Source: Candidatus Geocrenenecus huangii
GTDB taxonomy: Archaea > Thermoproteota > Nitrososphaeria_A > Caldarchaeales > Wolframiiraptoraceae
NCBI GenBank assembly: GCA_023254095.1
Contig: JALNLM010000025.1
Span: 1 to 12,297, forward strand
Length of the DNA stretch: 12,297 nucleotides
Reading direction: 5' to 3'
Part shown: positions 7,334-12,297 of the stretch, one piece after another
How the letters are laid out: every line of letters begins with the position of its first letter
How positions within the stretch are numbered: position 1 is the first letter of the stretch
Notes under the pieces: generated by a model
Told to the model about the DNA's origin: nothing
Seen by the model: only the letters and a program-made list of their open reading frames with translations
Database searches by the model: none
Position numbers and translations under genes: made by a program

Positions 7334-7359
7334 CTCAACAAAATTATTAATATGTTGAG
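7334..7359. promoter_or_regulatory. Palindromic operator-like site CTCAACA-N12-TGTTGAG
   Basis: Perfect 7-bp arms around an all-AT spacer (AAATTATTAATA), between the divergent starts at 7325 (-) and 7385 (+). Confidence 0.55.
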
Positions 7360-7384
7360 AAACTAGATTCAGGTGGGGGTTTAG

Positions 7385-7936
7385 ATGCCGTTTCCACAGA
7401 CGTGGACCGAAGAGCTTGTTGCTGAATGGTTAGATCTAAGAGGATATCTGGTTAAGATTAATCTTCCTGTGGTTACTCCAGAGGAGGGGGGTAGACGTGC
7501 TCCTGATATTGTAGGTGCAAGAATTAACCAAGACACATTAGAGATAATCCATGTAGAAGTCGGTCAATTATCGGAGAGTAAAGATAAGAACATAAAGAGA
7601 ATTAGAAATAAATTTTCAGAAGATGTCTGCAATAGAGTTAAAGAGTATTTTAAACAACTGCTCAACTTTACTTCTGATAACGTAGAATACTACAAGATAT
7701 ATGTAGCAAAATATCCTAAGAATCTAGCTGATTACAGAGAAGAAGTTTCTAAGCTTAACATAGAGGTTAAGTCATTGAAAGATTTTATTTATGAAGATGT
7801 TCTCCCAACGATTAGACAATGGAAAGAGCACCCACCTCATGTACCAAAAACAAAAGGAAAAATAGCATTACCAGAAAGCCATTGGATGCTGTACTTGACT
7901 GATTTTATATTCGAGAATTTTATTGAAAACAGATAA
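7385..7936 (+). CDS. Stand-alone PD-(D/E)xK-like (restriction endonuclease fold) protein
   Basis: N-terminal helix TEELVAEWLDLRGYLV (E9), strand RAPDIVG (D41) and strand IIHVEVG (E58) follow the motif order of YraN/Mrr-like nucleases. GGTGGGGG SD upstream. The Lys position is Gly. Confidence 0.7.
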   Translation: MPFPQTWTEELVAEWLDLRGYLVKINLPVVTPEEGGRRAPDIVGARINQDTLEIIHVEVGQLSESKDKNIKRIRNKFSEDVCNRVKEYFKQLLNFTSDNVEYYKIYVAKYPKNLADYREEVSKLNIEVKSLKDFIYEDVLPTIRQWKEHPPHVPKTKGKIALPESHWMLYLTDFIFENFIENR

Positions 7937-7964
7937 GAACGATAGTTTTCTATCTTGATAAGAC

Positions 7965-8217
7965 GGTAGTGCACAGATAAGTATGGTTAACAGTCTCTAT
8001 CCTTCATGGCCTGGCAGTATAGTGTGAATAAGCTTAGGAATAAAATCAGGTTGGTTATTCCCTGTATATAGTTTCTTGCACTTAGCTTGTTGTGGAATGC
8101 TGCTGTCCTCTCCTTCAAGTATTTGAAGAATCTTTCAACCCTATTCTCATATCAAATATTTGATGTTCATCCTCTAGTCTAAGTCTTTGTAAAGCTCATG
8201 ACCTTATCCATGATGAC
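7965..8217 (-). mobile_element. IS6-family transposase 3' remnant with one putative terminal inverted repeat
   Basis: Frameshifted minus-strand translation VIMDK / ALQRLRLEDEHQIFDMR / RVERFFKYLKERTAAFHNKLSARNYIQGITNLILFLSLFTLYCQAMKDRDC* (stop 7987-7989) matches the archaeal IS6 C-terminus (D..., RN.VERFF..LK.RT). GGTAGTGCACAGATAA at 7965-7980 resembles an IS6 end. Confidence 0.8.
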
Positions 8218-8442
8218 CCATAGAACATGTACTCAATGACTGCTAGAACTTTAGGCTCCTACCTTTCTTACGATTGAAGTAGCTGTAAATCGGAACCATA
8301 ACTTGCATGGCAAAAATAAAGAATCGGCCGTTCAAATGCTCTCTTATTCCAATATTACCGACTACTAATGAATGAAAGTTCTATTGTTTTCAATGGAAGG
8401 TTGTTACGTTAACTTAAATAGCAATTTTCTTAGTATTAAGAA

Positions 8443-11439
8443 TCAGCCAATCCATTCCCTAAATGCTTCACCGAGGTCATGGTACAATTCTGCTAGCTCT
8501 TCTTTTACTTCTACTTCGTCCACGCTCGGTTCTAAAGCCTTCAGCACCTTCACGTCAAACTCAATTCTTTCTCTTTGGCATGATGAGTATTGTTCAGGTA
8601 ATCTCTTCAGCTCAGCATCCTTAAACTCTTCGAATACTTTTGAAAGGCCTTCGATCTTTTCATTCGGCAGCGTTGTAACATCTAGGATTGGTAGAAGCCT
8701 CCAGTGACTCATCTTAAGACTAATCCAAGCACCTCTTGTTTCCTGTCTGCATACCAGGATAGTCATTATCCCCCATGTAGAGTTAAGCCATACACATAAA
8801 GCTTTGAGTCTTTTAGTGTCGTTATTGTTTTTAAGTTTGATTGCATAGAAAATGTTTGAAAGTACAGGTTCGATGGTATAAACAGAAGTCACATGTGCAG
8901 TATCGAACCATATTCTATCCGGCACGAGAAGCTTGCTCGCAAACTTCTCGAATATTTCCCTCGCTTTTTTATTTTTTGGAAGGATGTAAGCATTTGGCTC
9001 GGCCTGCATCTTGCTACGCACTTCTTCTTCTCCACCATATAAGCAAGGTAAAGCGCTCGGCGCTCTTCCCACTCTTCGGAAGCCATCACGGAATTGATGT
9101 CTATCGATACCAATCGTAGCTATTTCCCCAAGCCTTTTAATCGGAATGCTTATTTTGTTTGCTCTAAGCTCTATCTTGCCTTCAAGTAGTTTTAGCGCAT
9201 AAATTGAAAGTTGCGGGTTCGTAAATGTTAAGAACTTTCCCCAGTTGTCTAGATTTTTCAGCAATAGTTGCCGCGGAATCGTGTAGACTATACTATCGCA
9301 TCCGCCAGCTTCCACATAATTACCTGCATGATAGCCTTTCGTTATTACATTGATTTCGTCGGCTTTATTGTATTTCTCTATGATTTCGTGAGCTAACCAA
9401 ATGCCTTCAAGTGCGCTAGTAGGTTTCTTAAGCAAAGCCACTATACATATCTTTTCATTTTCGTTATGCTCACCAACCTTCCTCGCAACTATAAGAGACT
9501 CGCTTAAAGCTGTGGATTCACTGAAGTTGTAACCTTTCTCCGAATCGTAGCTGACGACTATATATTCTAGGTGGAATCTCGAGGTTAGTAGAGCTCGAGC
9601 GAGGAACCAACTAACTCCTGAGAGAACACTTCTTGGTAAGACGAAGGCTATCCTACCTCCTTCAACGACACCTTCACTTGCAACATACAAGAAGAGAAGC
9701 CCCTCACCGGCCTGCCCAATTCCAAGAAACGGTCTTCCACCTTCTTCTCCGAGGATTGCTTCAAGCTCTCTTATGAAACCTCCCGCTTCAGCAATTTCAA
9801 CCATTCTACGCTTTATGCTTTCCCTGAATTTCTCATAAAACTTGAGTAGCTGTTCTCTAACGTTTTTATCTGCTACAAAACCGAAGAGTCCTCCTCTTTC
9901 TCTACCTCCTCTTCCAGTAGCCCTAGTGAATGGGGGATTCATTATTATTAGGTTAAAGCTTTCTGGAGGATTTATGGTTGCCTGTTCCTCTGCTGAGGTG
10001 GAAACCTTCACTGCGGTTCCACCTCCAAAATAATCGAGGAGAGTTCTTTGAGCTAGGTCGAGACTCCCCAAGCTTATCATCCCCCTAGAGTTTATTCCCA
10101 GTGGAACTGTGTAAAGGTTCATGTTCTGCAATGGAACCTCAGGGTTGTGGAGAGCGAGAGTTGTGGCAGCAATATGAGTAGCAAATCTTAAAGCGTCTAA
10201 ACCCCAGAAGACTTTCTCTAAAGCAGTCTTATGAAATTCTTCAACATCTATCTTCCTTCTCGCCTTCAAACAATCCCTAGTGTAAAGATACAAGAGAGCG
10301 TCGTAGGAAGCTGAAAGAAGTGTTCCCGAGCCGCAAGCAATATCGGCAACTCTGAAACCTTCGATGTTATCAAGCGAGCTGAAGTTTTGCCATGAGGGAT
10401 TTGGCGTTGCAAGCGCTAACCTTGCCAGCAGATATGCCGCTGGCACTCCTGTAAAATATGTTGCAAAGTTTTTCCTGATGGCCCAATCCCCTACTATGGA
10501 ATGGTATATTTTGCCTGCGAAGTCCCTCCTAAGCAGAATTCTATCGCTGGCTATCCTCCTCGCTAACTCAATCAAATCCGAAATTCTTGGCTGAACCTCT
10601 GGAGGAAGCTTCTCAACAATTTCTCTTGCAACTCTGAAGATTGGCTGATAGTTTATTTCAAGAATGCGGTCGAAAGCTTCTTCAAGAGCTAATAGACCAC
10701 CTCTAGCTGAGGCAAGTTCTCTTAACGATGGAATACTGTGTTTAGTCCTTACACCTTCATAAAAGATCGCGCTCAAAAGGATTGCTAAAGCAGTTTTACT
10801 ATAAATCAAATCCTTGATATTCTCGGGTTCTCCTACAGAAAGTCCGTAAAGCTTATAAAAAGACTCGTAAAGGTTTCTGCAAATATTTAGATTTCTATCA
10901 GCAGACCCTAAAGACTGGCAGAAGTCATCGACAAATCCTTTTATTTCTTCCTCTGCTCTTCTAACCCTCTCCTCAGATACCATATATTTAATCGCTTGGT
11001 TGATACAATCTCCCAGTAAAGGTACATCGACTTTAAGCCAACCTTGGACAAGCGGTTCGGGAGGGAGCCTACCCAATCCTCTGAAGAAAGACAGCAACGT
11101 CCCAGTTACATCCTCCCCTGGAACGAAAAACTTCACTCTCAAAGTCGATTTTTCTAAGGCTTCCTCAATCTCGCTTTCCGTAAATTCCTGTGGGAAGCTT
11201 TGTCTATCATACCAAACAGCGATAGCTAAGTCGCAGAGCTGGTCTTCAAGCCTCTGCCGCGCATCCTCTTCAGCATCCGAAGCATCGTAAGACCCCTCAA
11301 TAGCTATTCTGAATCCTTTATGCAATAGAATGATGTCAACTCGGCGCTTATCCCTCTGTCTCTCAGCCCTCTCTTTAAAGCCTGCCCTCTCAAGAAGCCG
11401 TGCTAATGCAACGTTAACCCTCCCCTCGTAGGCGCTCAA
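8443..11439 (-). CDS. Type IIG-like restriction-modification fusion (nuclease-like domain, N6-adenine methyltransferase, target recognition region)
   Basis: 998 aa. N-terminal E5...RVD35IIL...IAIE48GS nuclease-like motif. Gamma-class MTase order: YFT (X), DIACGSGTLL (I), GLD (II), IIMNPPF (IV), GRIAFVLP (VI), NFSEST (VIII). C-terminal TRD-like region with WLNSTWG. TTG start. Confidence 0.88.
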   Translation of the reverse strand: MSAYEGRVNVALARLLERAGFKERAERQRDKRRVDIILLHKGFRIAIEGSYDASDAEEDARQRLEDQLCDLAIAVWYDRQSFPQEFTESEIEEALEKSTLRVKFFVPGEDVTGTLLSFFRGLGRLPPEPLVQGWLKVDVPLLGDCINQAIKYMVSEERVRRAEEEIKGFVDDFCQSLGSADRNLNICRNLYESFYKLYGLSVGEPENIKDLIYSKTALAILLSAIFYEGVRTKHSIPSLRELASARGGLLALEEAFDRILEINYQPIFRVAREIVEKLPPEVQPRISDLIELARRIASDRILLRRDFAGKIYHSIVGDWAIRKNFATYFTGVPAAYLLARLALATPNPSWQNFSSLDNIEGFRVADIACGSGTLLSASYDALLYLYTRDCLKARRKIDVEEFHKTALEKVFWGLDALRFATHIAATTLALHNPEVPLQNMNLYTVPLGINSRGMISLGSLDLAQRTLLDYFGGGTAVKVSTSAEEQATINPPESFNLIIMNPPFTRATGRGGRERGGLFGFVADKNVREQLLKFYEKFRESIKRRMVEIAEAGGFIRELEAILGEEGGRPFLGIGQAGEGLLFLYVASEGVVEGGRIAFVLPRSVLSGVSWFLARALLTSRFHLEYIVVSYDSEKGYNFSESTALSESLIVARKVGEHNENEKICIVALLKKPTSALEGIWLAHEIIEKYNKADEINVITKGYHAGNYVEAGGCDSIVYTIPRQLLLKNLDNWGKFLTFTNPQLSIYALKLLEGKIELRANKISIPIKRLGEIATIGIDRHQFRDGFRRVGRAPSALPCLYGGEEEVRSKMQAEPNAYILPKNKKAREIFEKFASKLLVPDRIWFDTAHVTSVYTIEPVLSNIFYAIKLKNNNDTKRLKALCVWLNSTWGIMTILVCRQETRGAWISLKMSHWRLLPILDVTTLPNEKIEGLSKVFEEFKDAELKRLPEQYSSCQRERIEFDVKVLKALEPSVDEVEVKEELAELYHDLGEAFREWIG

Positions 11440-11683
11440 AACCTAAAACCTCTAAGAATAGCATCTTCACATAAATATAAAACCATAACATGGAGAAATA
11501 TAACCCTGTCAGTTGGGATAAAGTTCGAAAACCTCAGATTCCGCCTATATATTTGGTCTGTATTCCTCCCGCACATAAAGGTTTTGTAGTTTAATGGATA
11601 GTTGCGCTGTGCTTTTTTGGATATCTTTTTGGTGTTTTATCTTTATAATTTGTAGGTTGGGTTATTTTATTAGGGATAGTTGG

Positions 11684-12297
11684 GTGAGTAATGTAGATGT
11701 TATACCTACTCGTGTCGGTTCTATTGATAGCTTACTTGACGGAGGTTTTAAGGCTGGGCAACTTTACTTTCTTTACGGTGAAGAGAAGACCGGTAAAACT
11801 AGCTTGGTCCTAACTGTGTGTGCTTCTGCGATAAGAGAAGGATTGAAGCCATTCTTTATAGATTGTTCTGAGAGGCTCCATCCAGGAAGGGTTTCACAAG
11901 TCTTACAATCTTGGCTGGTAGACTTATCCAGACTTTCGGTGAAAGCTGTCCATAGCTTTCTAGAGCAGACTCGACTAATCTTAAATCTTTATAATCTTCA
12001 GAAAATATTCGATGTAATCGTTCTCGACGACTTCACTTACCAGCATAGGTTAGAGTTATCTAGAAATGTGAAAATGGACTTATCAATATACAAGAAGCTT
12101 GCTCTACAGGCAGCAATGCTATCTGAGATAGCTGCTAGTAGAAAAGCCGTAGTCATAATAGTGGGCCAAGTACATGATATGCCTGAGCAGGAAGAAGGTA
12201 GACCAGTAGCATATAGGATCTTAAGTTACTGGGCCAAATGGGTACTCAAACTTCAGGCAGGGTCAAGACAGTATAGGGAGTTAGTAGTTGAGAAGCC
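11684..12297 (+). CDS. RadB/aRadC-like RecA-family ATPase (3' end outside the window; not in the ORF track)
   Basis: Open from GTG at 11684 to the edge: IPTRVGSIDSLLDGGF, Walker A YGEEKTGKT, FFIDCSE, Walker B VIVLDD, VIIVGQV, RPVAYRILSYWA. No RadA N-terminal HhH domain. TTTATAA at 11642-11648 is a possible TATA box. Confidence 0.88.
   Translation, partial: MSNVDVIPTRVGSIDSLLDGGFKAGQLYFLYGEEKTGKTSLVLTVCASAIREGLKPFFIDCSERLHPGRVSQVLQSWLVDLSRLSVKAVHSFLEQTRLILNLYNLQKIFDVIVLDDFTYQHRLELSRNVKMDLSIYKKLALQAAMLSEIAASRKAVVIIVGQVHDMPEQEEGRPVAYRILSYWAKWVLKLQAGSRQYRELVVEK

Noticed and set aside
7141-7350. 69-aa plus-strand ORF
   Set aside because: It is Ser-rich with no RBS or motif. The minus strand shows better gene signals.
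8372-11290. Small ORFs overlapping the RM gene (8372-8707, 8841-9119, 8889-9113, 9842-10033, 10364-10594, 11000-11290)
   Set aside because: These are antisense or alternative-frame shadows of the 998-aa gene.
8443-11439. BREX PglX, DISARM or Type I/III assignment for the large methyltransferase
   Set aside because: No pglZ/brxC, drm, hsdR/hsdS or res helicase genes are nearby, and the single-chain layout fits Type IIG better.
11523-11573. GTTCGAA and CTCCCGCA as an attR copy of the tRNA-Leu 3' end
   Set aside because: The matches are short and not collinear at the right spacing, so they cannot support an att site.

Overview
Archaeal chromosomal window, probably from a thermophilic TACK-type lineage (inferred from GC-rich tRNAs, a non-canonical tRNA intron and gene content). 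Left part: tRNA-Ala(UGC) at 1-72 (-) and a heavily degraded Acr3 arsenite-efflux pseudogene. These are followed by a housekeeping block: rpl37e (missed by the ORF track), Sm/LSm, a SepF-like gene, the psmB-aCPSF1(FttA) pair, a long-type FKBP PPIase and a calcineurin-like phosphoesterase. Next is tRNA-Leu(UAA) with a 20-nt D-loop intron at 21/22. Directly after the tRNA-Leu 3' end lies an apparent ~4.5 kb accessory/defence islet. It holds a frameshifted RHH-like mini-operon remnant, a palindromic operator-like site, a stand-alone PD-(D/E)xK-like nuclease, an IS6 transposase remnant with one end, and a 998-aa Type IIG-like nuclease-N6-methyltransferase fusion. Both nuclease domains lack the canonical Lys. 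The window ends inside a RadB/aRadC-like RecA-family gene (also not in the ORF track). All protein calls come from motif recognition by eye, not from database searches.
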